64,000 nt of DNA from Paragordius varius (taxonomy: Eukaryota; Animalia; Nematomorpha), in assembly GCA_964247055.1 (NCBI GenBank), contig OZ176054.1:8742001-8806000 (forward strand), written 5' to 3'. A program made the position numbers and the translations under genes. The notes below the pieces were generated by a model, which worked only from the letters and a program-made list of their open reading frames with translations, was not told the DNA's origin and searched no databases. Below, in pieces: positions 23,235-35,300 of this stretch (position 1 is its first letter; every line of letters begins with the position of its first letter).

Positions 23235-24032
23235 ATTTAATGCTAAAAGCGAAAGTTGCTGACGATACTATACTGCTGTCAAATTCAGTGAACAACCTAA
23301 AAAAACTCTTAACAAAAATTTTAAATGAATGTCATAAATTTGGACTGACGATCAACTTAAAAAAACTAAAATTATGATTATAAACGCTCCCACTATAACA
23401 ACTTATCCTTTGACAACCAAAAATAAGTAGTCTCCCAATACACTTAATTAGGCATTCTTATAAATACGACTAACAGCACCCCCGACATCAGAAGAAGAAT
23501 AGGAATTGCTAAGACAAAAATGATAAAATATAATACACTATGGTCGTCACACGACATCAAACTCAAAACAAAAATCCGATTAGTTAAATCCCTAATATTT
23601 CCTAGCATGCTATACGCGTCAGAAAGTTGGAAAATAAAAAAGAATAACGAAAAATACATTAACGCCTTCGAAATGTGGTGTGGCGGAAGATACGTCAAAT
23701 CACTTGGAAAGACAAAATAAAGAACTTCGTAATCCTTGACAAAATAAATCCCGAGATACACCTGATTAGCATGTGCCTCAAAATAAAATTATCATACTTT
23801 GATCACATTACCAAAGCTAATGACTTGGAATTCCAACTTATGACAGGCAAGGTCGAATGATCCAGGAAACATGGACGCTGCAAGATGCGCTGGATCGAAA
23901 ACCTAACCAAAGATACCAATCTCTCTTTACAACAGCTAACATCACTTGCTTACAATCGAATAAACTGGAGAAAATATACCTTCGAAAAAGCAATAAATCG
24001 ACAACGATCTTTGCTATAATAATAATAATAAA
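23235..24032 (+). mobile_element. 5'-truncated RTE-like non-LTR retrotransposon remnant with (TAA)n tail
   Basis: RT motifs across frameshifts: ADDTILL, GLTINLKKTK, DIRRRIGIAK, KTKIRLVKSLIFPSMLYASESW, AFEMWC. Ends ctataataataataataaaat. Confidence 0.85.
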
Positions 24033-24036
24033 ATAG

Positions 24037-24557
24037 CCCAGACTATATTTAAATTTATATTTTTTAAACAATGGTCCCAATTTAAATTTATGCTTCCATC
24101 CTAATCAAAATTATATAAATAAGCCGAAATATCTAAATAAATTTGGTTTAGAAAAAAAATCCATATCAAACTACGTCGACGGCATTATTTTACATTTTTG
24201 CAAAATATCATGTTTATTTAATTTAAAATCTAAAATAAAACCTAATTTTTCATTTAAATCACATCTAACATTGATAGAAAAAGAAAAAATGGTTTATTTT
24301 TTATAATTTTAAAATTTAGCTTATTCATATATGTCCTGTTGACTAAATTTTTACCTTGAGGGTTTATCTAAAAATAATTATTATCAAGTATTTTTAAATA
24401 AATTCTCATATATTTCGGTTCATTAATTGTGCAAATTTTTGCCAAGGTTTTAATTCATTCCATATTTTTGAATTATTTAATTTTAAACAGGCCTGGGGTA
24501 ACCAACTACCCCAATTTGAATCAAAGGACTAAAATGAATGTGTTGTATCCATGTGTT
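24037..24557 (+). mobile_element. TTAA-MITE copy lacking its first ~30 bp
   Basis: Collinear with 11531-12112. Ends tgttgtatccatgtg|TTAA. Confidence 0.8.
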
Positions 24558-25584
24558 AAGCGCCAACCATATAATACCGACAAATATTGCATATGTTTTA
24601 ACATCTATTTATTATTCTAAATCACAAAATGCTTTTGCGGATCTGATATAAATTGCAGGTAAAATGGCTAATGCAATTTAGTATAAAAGAGAGAATATTT
24701 TTAAAAACTCTAATTTACAATCCCATATATTTATTTTATTTTAAATCTGATTTATCAGGATATCATCTGAAAAGATCTTTTCATATGTATCTTAACTTCA
24801 TTCTCTTTTGGGTAGTTATATACCCATAACTATCTAAATGATTATAACTATGTAAAGGTGCCAAATTTAAAAATATGTTCTTTAGTTTTTTAGCTGCATT
24901 CTTTAAAACTTTTTCAAAAATTTTATAATTGTAAAGTAATCCGATCTCAAACTTTTATGCCATCTAATTTGCATTTTATTCGCTATCAACAAGCAATTAA
25001 ATGTATATTATGAAAAATGTAAATAATTAACCCATTCAAATGGCATTGTGTTAAAATTTTTTTGATATTTATTGATTTCATAATCAGCTGTTTGTTTCAA
25101 ATTGTGTCTTGGAGTCATCAATGTTATAATATTCTGGAGTTTAACCAAAACTTTTAAAACAATAGTTTATTTACAAATATCTTTGTGGTATACTAGTCCA
25201 ATATATAATTGTTGCTAAAATAATTAAAAGGTAAAGAGTTAAACATTTATTTTATAATATGCCGACTAGCATGTCTTTTAAGGAAAACAGTAAAGATAAC
25301 TTGCTAAATATATTTGGCACATCTTGCCAATTCTTAATATACCATTTTGTGAGTTTCTTTTAATGGTTTCTGAGGAATCTTATAAAATCAAAATTCTCTA
25401 AGAAGATGTGCCCAATAAAAACCGAATTGCAATAATTGCTAAATATATTGTATATATATATGTCATAAATTCAGCAAGGTTCAAGTCCTTTTTAATATTA
25501 AGGCCAGGTAAGTTTTTTAAAAAAATAAATTATTTTGATTCCATATAGAATATATCACAAATATTTTGTCACTATCATTTTATA

Positions 25585-26209
25585 TATACCATTTGCACTT
25601 CAAGAGTGTCCTTAAACATTTCAAGTTGTTCCTTAACATTTCAATTGGTCCTTGAACATCTCAAGATCTTTTTGAACACTTCAAGTTGGTTTTGAACGCT
25701 TCATAAGGTCCTTGAATACTTTAAGTTGGTCCTTAAAATTTTTAAATTTGATTCAACCATATTTGCATGTATTTTATATATTTTATTATTTTTTAATCTA
25801 ATTTTCTTGTTTATTATATATTTATTGATTTAAAAATAAATTTTTTAATCAAAAACCACTTTCTTATTTCAAACTTATTTTTTTCCAATTTAACAAATTT
25901 TTTTAAATGTTTTTATGAAAAACTGTAAATAATACAGAAACTTATATATTTTAATTAGTTGTAAAAATTTAAATATCCAAAATAATTTTAAGAAATTTAT
26001 AAAGATATACTGTTTCTCAATGATTTTATGTTAGATAACAGAAAATAGGTTAAAAACGATAAAATACATAAATGATTAACGATTTGATTGATAAAAGTTA
26101 AAAACAAAACAAAAACAAAGGACCAACTTGAAGTGTTCTAGAACCAACTTGAAATGTTCAAGGACCAACATGAAGTGTTTAAGGACATTCTTGAAGTGCA
26201 AACGGTATA
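25585..26209. mobile_element. Foldback element with 21-bp tandem repeats in unequal arms
   Basis: Termini tataccatttgcacttcaag / cttgaagtgcaaacggtata. Unit ggtccttgaacacttcaagtt occurs ~7 times on the left and ~4 times on the right. Confidence 0.8.
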
Positions 26210-26382
26210 CCTACTGCTGAAGACCGACAACAAATTGTTTTTTAAAAAGTCTGGTTGTGAACTCTTGTTTTTATTCTGACAGTTTTAATAAATTTTGTTA
26301 TTTTTTATTTAATGCAGCCATAATATCTACAATTTAAAATCTTCATAATTTATTGGCTAATCAAAAAGAATTTATCAATAAT

Positions 26383-29300
26383 TTATATATCTATAAATAT
26401 TAATATCATGAATAACAAATAAATACAGCTGGTAATAGATTTGTTAATAACCAAGAAAGCACCATTACACAAATCCTTGTTATTGCAACAGTATAATTGT
26501 ACTTCACCTAAACAGAAAATTGAATAATAATATAAAAATTTCAGGTATGTTTTTACCAGGGCTTGAATCCGGTTCAAAAAAAGTGGAACCAGAACCGGGT
26601 CGGTTCCTGAACAAGTGGACGGAACCGCGTTGGTTTTTAAAAATTTTGCGGTTCCGGAACCGGTTCTTTAGATAAAGGACCGGTTCCATTTTCGGTTCCT
26701 GACTTTTGATTAAATGATTTACAAAGTTATTATTATAATAATAAAACCAAGGTATTAACAATTTTGAATCAAACAATTTATTATAAATTGCCAAATGTAT
26801 AGTGAAAGAAATATAGTGTAGCAATAAATTAAACAAATTGTAAAAATATAATAGGAAAATAAGATTCGGAAAATGTTTGTATAAGTACAAAGGTATAAAT
26901 TGAGAGTTAAATTAAGTTTGGCATCTAAAAATTCTTTATTTAACTTTAAAATTATTGCACCAAGAAATTCGCTCGTCAAACTGCTTCTCAGGTCTGAAAA
27001 TAGAAAATTAAGGGTGAAAAAACTCTTATCAACGAGACCTATATATACGAACATATGTGTTATAAATAGACTCGACTTATGACTATTACTTTTTTAAGAA
27101 GAGCCGAATCGCCTAAAATTCAGAGAGTATCGCTACTATAATATCAGACGCTTAGTTTTAGGTTTAAAGTTTGAAGTATGAAATATGTAGTGATACAATC
27201 AAATTTAAATAATAAAATAAAATTTTTATAATAAAAATCATATGGGAATCAGTAATTAAGGGTATGGAACCGGAACCGGGTTGGTTCCTGAATGGTTGGG
27301 ACCGGAACCGCGCTGGTTCCATCCCAATGGAATCGGTTCTTGTTAAAATCCCAGGAACCGGGTTCCGGTTCCAGGCCCTATTTTTTACTCATCAGACAAT
27401 AAATGAGACTTTAAAAGTATTTAAACTAAATATGTTTAACTTTTTATATGAGATTTTTGCAATAGATCTAAATCAATACGCTACAAAATGACATAATGAT
27501 GAAAATTGGATAGAGTCTTTTAGGTTATTAAGCTGCCTAAAAACCATTTCTTAGCCAAGCAATAAATATGAAAAATTTAATAATATTTTATAAACAATGT
27601 ATGAAATTTTGGACATTAAATTAACATCAGTTAGGTTAGGGCAGGGGTGTCCAACACAAATGGCTTGAAGAGCCACATTTTTGACCTCAAAATTCCAAAG
27701 AGCCATTTTTTATTTATATTATTCAAAACATAGGTAACAAATAAATTTATATTAACACATAGATGTGCTAAATATAAAAAGAAAATAAACAGTATAAATA
27801 TAATAATGCTTTGCTAATTAAATTATATCAATGTGTAAAAAATAGATAAAAATTCATGGATATGGAAAACTTATTGCAATTCGATAGTATGACTAGAGTA
27901 GACTGTGGCGAATTTAATCGCCAAAATGTAACCTTATTTATTCAGACAGCGAGTTTATCATGAGGGGAATGCATGAAATTATAAAATTTGTTAAGTATTT
28001 CGCGCGATACAAGATCACGATGAATCAAGCGATGGACCTGACTTAAAAGAAAGTACATAAAAGCACATATAAAATAGCATCCTCAATTGATAGTCTCTGC
28101 AAAAGAAATGTTACCTTCTTAAAGGGAGATGATAATCATGCAATCTAAAATGTATTGAGTTAAATATGAGCGTGTCTTGTTTGATAACGATTGGTGCCCA
28201 TACACAATGGGAAAAAACAAGGGTAAGATGGAAACCGATGCCATAAATATGATCAAATATATATAATGCATTGACACCAGAAAAATCTCTGTGCACATGA
28301 ATAATAAAAATAAAAGAAATAAATATTTTTCATTGCATAACTAAATTTTTGATGGGATATTTGTTTTGTAATTTTTTTGCTTAATTTATTGAGATCTATA
28401 TCAATATTTAATACAGCACAATTCATTCTCCAAGTCATCAGTTAATAAAGAACGTGAAAGAGATTTTGTGTATTTCATTTTAGAAAAAAAAACTTTCACA
28501 AAGATAAGTGGACCCAAAAATACAAATTAATCATTGTGCAAAAATTCTTAAATTAGGAAATTTATCAAACGTTATATATTTTTTATAAAATTCAATTTTA
28601 TTTGTTTGCCCAAATAATAATATTAATTCATTATTGGATTGCAAATCTAGTAATTCCATTTGTAAACTAATAGGAGCGTTGATAGCTTCAACGTAGAATG
28701 GACAACAAAATAAATCAAATATTTTTTCATATTTTGTCATATCCCCGTATCGATTATTAAAAGCTTTTGGTAATATGTTAATTTGATCTGCATATTTAAA
28801 AAAATCGTTAGTTTATTAGCTTTAAATCTATTCAATTCTGGAAAATGTTCAGCATTATTTTTTTTAAATGGCATTCAAATAACGTCAATTTTTACAAAAC
28901 GCTTTAATATGGTTATTCGCATCAACAATTGAATTATCTTTCTTTTGCAAGGATTCATTTGATTAAGTTTTTCGGTAATATCTACGGAAAAGCATAAATC
29001 TGACAACCAATCTTCATTGGATAATTCCTCTACCAAATAATTTCTGCAAGAGAAAAATATTTATTTCTTTTAATAAATAATAAAACCTTTTTAGACATTT
29101 CCCTCGACTAAGCCACCTTACATTTGAAAAAAATATAAGATCTCCATATTCTAAATGAATTTCTTTTTATAACTCCTTAAAATGCCTATGCTTCACATGA
29201 GATTTTATAAAATTAACTAGTTTAATAACAACGGTCATATCATTGTCCAATGTCAGAGCATGTGCGCAGAGATTTTCACGGTGAATCATGCAATGCATTA

Positions 29301-32300
29301 TATATATATGGTCAATATGAATACCATCGGATTTCATCTTATTTAACAATAATTTCACGCCCTTGTTTTTTTCCCATCACAGCTGGGGCACCATCTGTTG
29401 TCAAACAAGATAGCGCCCTCATATTTAATTTATTGTCCTCAATACATTTTAAAATTGCATGAAACATATCATCTCCCTTAGTTGTATTTTTCATCGGAAG
29501 TAAGCCTAACATATCTTCTGTATAATTAAAAAATTCATTTATTCCTCGAATAAAGACTACTAATTGTTATATGTTGCTTATATCTGTGCTTTCATCAAAT
29601 GACAAGGAATACGCCACAAAATTTTGAATTCTTTCTTTTAGGGAAAGTTGAAATTCTTCTGCGATGTCTGTAATTCGTCGACACACAGTATTGCGCGAAA
29701 GTCTTATACTGGATATTAATTCAACTTTATTAGGCAAAACACATTTTATAATTTCCAGTACGCATTCCTTTAAAACTCATCATCAGAATAGGCTTCATTT
29801 TTTTGGCGAGTAAATTGGCAACAATATAACTTGCCTTTACTATCGGATAAGGTTGCGTGAATGATATTGGTTGGAGATTATTAATAATGCATGGTATTGG
29901 CATGTCTTTTTAAATTATATTCGCGAAACCCGTTTGTCGTAAATTTGCAAATAAGGCACTCCGCTTTGTTGAAAATTTGAGTAAACCCATATTTTGATAC
30001 CCAGTCGGGATTGTATTTTCTAGTTACTTTTTTAGATTTATGCATATTGAAAGCTGAATAAATTATTTTAAATACATTTGCAAGTAATTTAATGTTCTGG
30101 ACATTATAATTCCAGTATTTATGAAAGCTAAATAAATTATTTTAACTACCTATTTTTTTTGCAAGTAATTTAATGTTTCAATGGACCCAAATTATAATTC
30201 CGGTATGAAAGCTAAATAAATTATTTTAAATACCTATTTTTTGCAAGTAATTTAATTTTTCAATAGACTTAATTATAATTCCCAGTATTGGTATGAAAGC
30301 TAAATAAATTATTTTAAATACATATTTTTTGCAAGTAATTTAATGTTTTAATTTAATGTGAAAGTTACATCTTGAAGTTGGAAGTAACATGCAGGAAAAA
30401 ATGTGTTTTATAAAAATTAAATGAATGCGATGATAGATATTTATAATAAAGAATTTTATTAAAAATTTCTAAAAATAATTTAAATGTCAAAATAAAAATG
30501 CATGTTTACATATAAAAATTTTTTTAAAAAAATTAGAAATTATTTTTTTTAAAAAATTTTTTTTTTTCAAAATTTTCAAAGAGCCACTTAGAATTTTCAT
30601 GAGCCATTAGTGGCTCGCGAGTACCGTTGGACACCCCTGGGTTAGGGCAACAATTAAATTAGGGTCGATACACACTATTATGTGTCTTAAGCAGTAAATA
30701 TATATGTTTACATTTTAGAAGTACGATATATTGATATTCATTGATAATTGATATAAAACAATTTTCGGTCGCCATAAAAATGTCCAAAAAAGAATTTGAT
30801 TGTATAATAGAATAGAGTCGTTTTGGTAATTATGATAATATGAGAAATAAATTTTAATATAAGTATTAGGACAGATGTGTTCAACATGCGGCCATCCGCG
30901 AATAATTATGCTTGCAAAAAATTTGAAAAATATCAATTTAAATTATATGCAAAAAATGAGAGATTATTTCGGCCGTTGAATGTTAACATACCACATTTTT
31001 TTAGCTGGGCTTAAAATATTATGGGTTTTTTAGGGTAAAAATATCATTTTAATGTTGTTTTTCCCAATAACTTGCAATAATTGGTAAAATAAATAGGGGT
31101 TATATCTGCCTTAACTGTTTAAATCTCTTGTGTTTAATAAAAATTTATTAATATCATGTTTACATTTTCTTCAAATACGGCCCTTTGGTTATTTGAGTCA
31201 ACGGACGCGCAGTCGAACATCCATAAAATGGTAGCCTAAAATCATGCTATAAATTAACACGCGATTACAAAAAAGTGGATACAAATTTATAAATTTATAG
31301 TCATAAATACACCATAATATGTGATTTAAAATCAAACATCGGTAAAACAAAGAAGCTTTAGATAATTGGTCAAAGCTGGTAATACTGATGAGGCATTACG
31401 AGAGATATCGAAAAACTATTATATTGTTTACAAAAACAGTTAAAAGCATTCCATCCAATGTAATGTATCCGGAAATATTTGATTTTGTTTTTGATCAGAT
31501 AATTGTGGAAAAAAATAATTGTTTTGAACCACCCTACTTTTCGCAACTTTTTTGCTGATTACCTATCCATTAATCAATTAAGACTTTTATATAATTAGGT
31601 AGTCATGTCAATGAAACAGATAATTAAATTTCGCCAACAATAAAATAGAAAATAAAATATTTACAATTTATTAAAGGTCAAATAAAGCCCAAATAATTAT
31701 ATATGAATTTATTTGTGTTTTGATCAAGATTATCTCAATAACGCTTTGATTCAAAATGGGGTATCTAAATACCTCAGAGTATATTTAAGTTTATGTTTTT
31801 AAGAAACTACTGAAAGAAACGGTCCCATTTTAACACTTGGATACAAACATTCATTTTAGTACTTCGATTCAAATTGGGGTAGTTAAATGCCCCAGACTTC
31901 TTAAAAATTAAATTCTTTAAAAATATGGAAGGAATCGAAACCATGGCAAAATTCTGCACTTATACATTAATAAACCGAAATATATAAAAAATTTTATTCA
32001 AAAATACCTGATATTACGTATTTTGAGTTAAAACCGAAAGGTAAAAATGTCGTCATCGTGGCATATGTGCAATGATAAAATTGAAAAATAATACAAAATA
32101 AACCGCTTTTTCTATTTCTATCAATGTTAGATGTAATTTAAATAAAAAATTAGCTTTAGTTTTACCCTTAAAATTAAATAAAGACGATATTTGCAAAAAT
32201 TTTGTAAAATAAAAATGGCATCGAAGTAGTTTGACAAAGAACTTTTTTTTCAAAACAAAATTTTATATAGATGTTTTGGCATATTTATATAATTTTTCTT

Positions 32301-35300
32301 AGGATAAAAGCATAAATTTAAATTGGGACCATTTCCTTCAGTAGTTTTTTAATAATCCTAACTCAATTTTAGTCTGGGGTATTTAGATACCCCAATTTGA
32401 ATCGAAGTGTTATACGTATGCTTCTATCCCAATAAAAATTATATAAATAAGCCTAAATAATTAATCAAAATTTAGTTTTAAAAAAAATATCATATCAAAC
32501 TACATCCACGCTATTTTTATTTAACAACATTTTTGTAAAATATCGTGTTTACACACTTAAGTTATGTTAAGTATTTTTGGATAAATTTTTTTATATATTA
32601 TTTATTAATGATATATAGGTGCAAAATTTTGCCTTTCGATTCCTTCCATATTTTTTATTGAATTTAATTTAAACAAGCCTGGGGTATCCAACTACCCTAA
32701 TTTGAATCGAAGGACAGAAATGAATGTGTTGTATCCAAGTGTTACTTTTAACACTTCGATTCAAATTGGGGTGTCTAAATATCTCAGACTAAATTTAAAT
32801 TAAAATTTTTACAAAACTACTGAAGGAAACGGTCCCAATTTAAATTTATGCTTCTATCCTGATAATTATTATATAAATGCCAAAAATATCTTGATAAAAT
32901 TTTGCTTTGAAAAAAAAAGTTCCATCTCAAACTACTTCGACGCCATTTTTATTTTACAAAAATTTTGCAAAATATCGTGTTCATTTAATTTTATGGGTAA
33001 ACTAAAGCTTATTTTTTATATAAATTACATCTAACATTCATAGAAATTGAAAAAGCGGTTTATTTTGTATTATTTTTTAATTTTACAATTTGACACATGC
33101 CACGTTGACTAAATTTTTACCTTTTAGTTTTAGCTCAAAATAAGTAATATCAAGTAAAATTTTTTATATATGTCGGTTTATTAATGTTATATAAGTGCAA
33201 AATTTGCCATGGTTTTGATTGCTTCCATACCTTTTAAAGTATTCAATTTTTAACAGGCCTGGGGTATCCAACTACCCCAATTTGAATCGAAGGACTAAAA
33301 TGAGTGTGTTGTATCCAAGTGTTAAAGCTAAAATCGAAGTTAATTTTTTTACATCCAACATTAATAAAAAGAAAAAAAGTGGTTTATTTTGTATTATTTT
33401 TTAATTCATTTAAGGCACACATGTCATGGTGACTAAATTTATAACTTGAGGTTCCACCTTAAAATAAGCAATGTCAAGTTTTTTTGAATAAACATTTTTA
33501 TATATTCGGTTTATCAAAGTTATATGAGTGCAAATATTTACCATGGTTTCGATTTATTCCGTATTTAAATTATTTAATTTTAAACAGGCCTGGGGTATCG
33601 AACTACCCCAAATGAATGTGTTGAAAAATATTATGTGATTAAATGTGACCTTTTGATGTGTGGTACCGGCTAACGCATCAATGTGGGTAGTCTTGTGAGA
33701 CTGAAACTCTTGTGCAGACTGAAACTGTCAAGTTAATAAATCTTGTTACACCCCTGATACTGAAAATGTTAACTCAAATTGATTTTGTTTTACCCCTGAT
33801 AGTGTTACTGATCCCATTCAGGCTAGAATCCAATACAATGTACAACCACAATGATTTCTAACTTATTGAAAGAATTATAATAACTGTGACTAACTGGGCT
33901 CTTGAAGATGAACTGATGAAAGCGATAAGGATTACGCCCTGAAACCTTGAATACGTATATATTGTCATTCATATAAAAGGTAATTCCTACGATCATCTTT
34001 TAAAATCATTTATCATTAAAATTATCTTATCCATAGACATTGTGTTTTTTTATAAGTAAATACCTAGTCAGACATGAATCTAATTTTATTTGTATAAATT
34101 TATTCATTAATAATTCAATAAATCTATCTCTGGCTTTAATTTCTTACGCTCTTACACCTCAATTAACACTTGGATACAACACACTCATTTTAGTCCTTCG
34201 ATTCAAATTGGGGTAGTTGGATACCCCAGGCCTGTTTAAAATTAAATTCTTAAAAAAATATAGAAGGAATCGAAACCTTGGCAAAATTTTGCACTTATCT
34301 AACATTAATAAACCGAAATATATAAATTTTATTCAAAAATACTTTATATTACATATTTTAAGCTAAAACCGAAAGGTAAAAATTTCGTCAACGTGGCATG
34401 TGTCAAATTGTAAAATTGAAAAATTATACAAACTAAACCGCTTTTTCTATTTCCATCAATGTTAGATGTATTTTATATAAAAAATTAGCTTTAGTTTTAC
34501 CCTTAAAATTAAATAAAGACGATATTTGCAAAAATTTTGTAAAATAAAAATGGCGTCGAAGTAGTTTGAGATGGAGCTTTTTTTTCAAAACAAAATTTTA
34601 TGAAGATGTTTTGGCATATTTATATAATATTTATCAGGATAGAAGCATAAATTTAATTTGGGACCGTTTCCTTCAGTAGTTTTTCAAAAATATTAATTTA
34701 AATTTAGTCTGGGGTATTTAGATACCCCAATTTGAATCGAAGTGTTAAAGAAGTAAAGGGTATAGCGTCGGAAGATCGTTGGACACCTGCCGTCAAGGCA
34801 ATTCCTACCCACCCGTAACGCATTGAGCTTCAGAGCGGGGAGACACATAGGAGGTTGGGTTTGACGTTAGTATTTACTTTAAATAAATGGATTGATGTTA
34901 GGTGTGTTATTGTAAGTTAGAATAGTTAATTAGCTATATAAGCAATATTTGACTCTAAATAACCGTACAAACAGGGTTGTGATCCTTATTCCACAAAAGT
35001 CAAATGTACAGTTAATTTTAAGCTCTTATCTTTGGTGTGGAAGGGGTCTTCATTTGCTTCTAAATGAGTGTGGCCTTTAAGGTTGACCAATTTTGGAGAT
35101 ATTAGACATTCGTCAACGTTACCCCTTCGTGCGACCATGCTTTAGTTGTACCTTCAGCTGGGACCTAACCCGGGATAAGTGGTCGTTAACCTTGCTCTAA
35201 GCTAAACCAAAAGAGATGTCGGAGATTGGTAACCAGCCCTGCTCAAATTTCAGCGGTTCCAATATTGCTTCCCAGATGTCATTGCCCACAATGATTGGCA

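Noticed and set aside
27634-27641. TSDs ggttaggg and ttttaggg resemble the telomeric repeat TTAGGG
   Set aside because: The third TSD is gtttaata. All three share TA at positions 4-5, the known Buster target preference, which explains them without telomere targeting.
33625-34160. Moderately GC-richer segment with short direct repeats (gactgaaact, acccctgata)
   Set aside because: No termini, ORF or recognisable motif supported a call.
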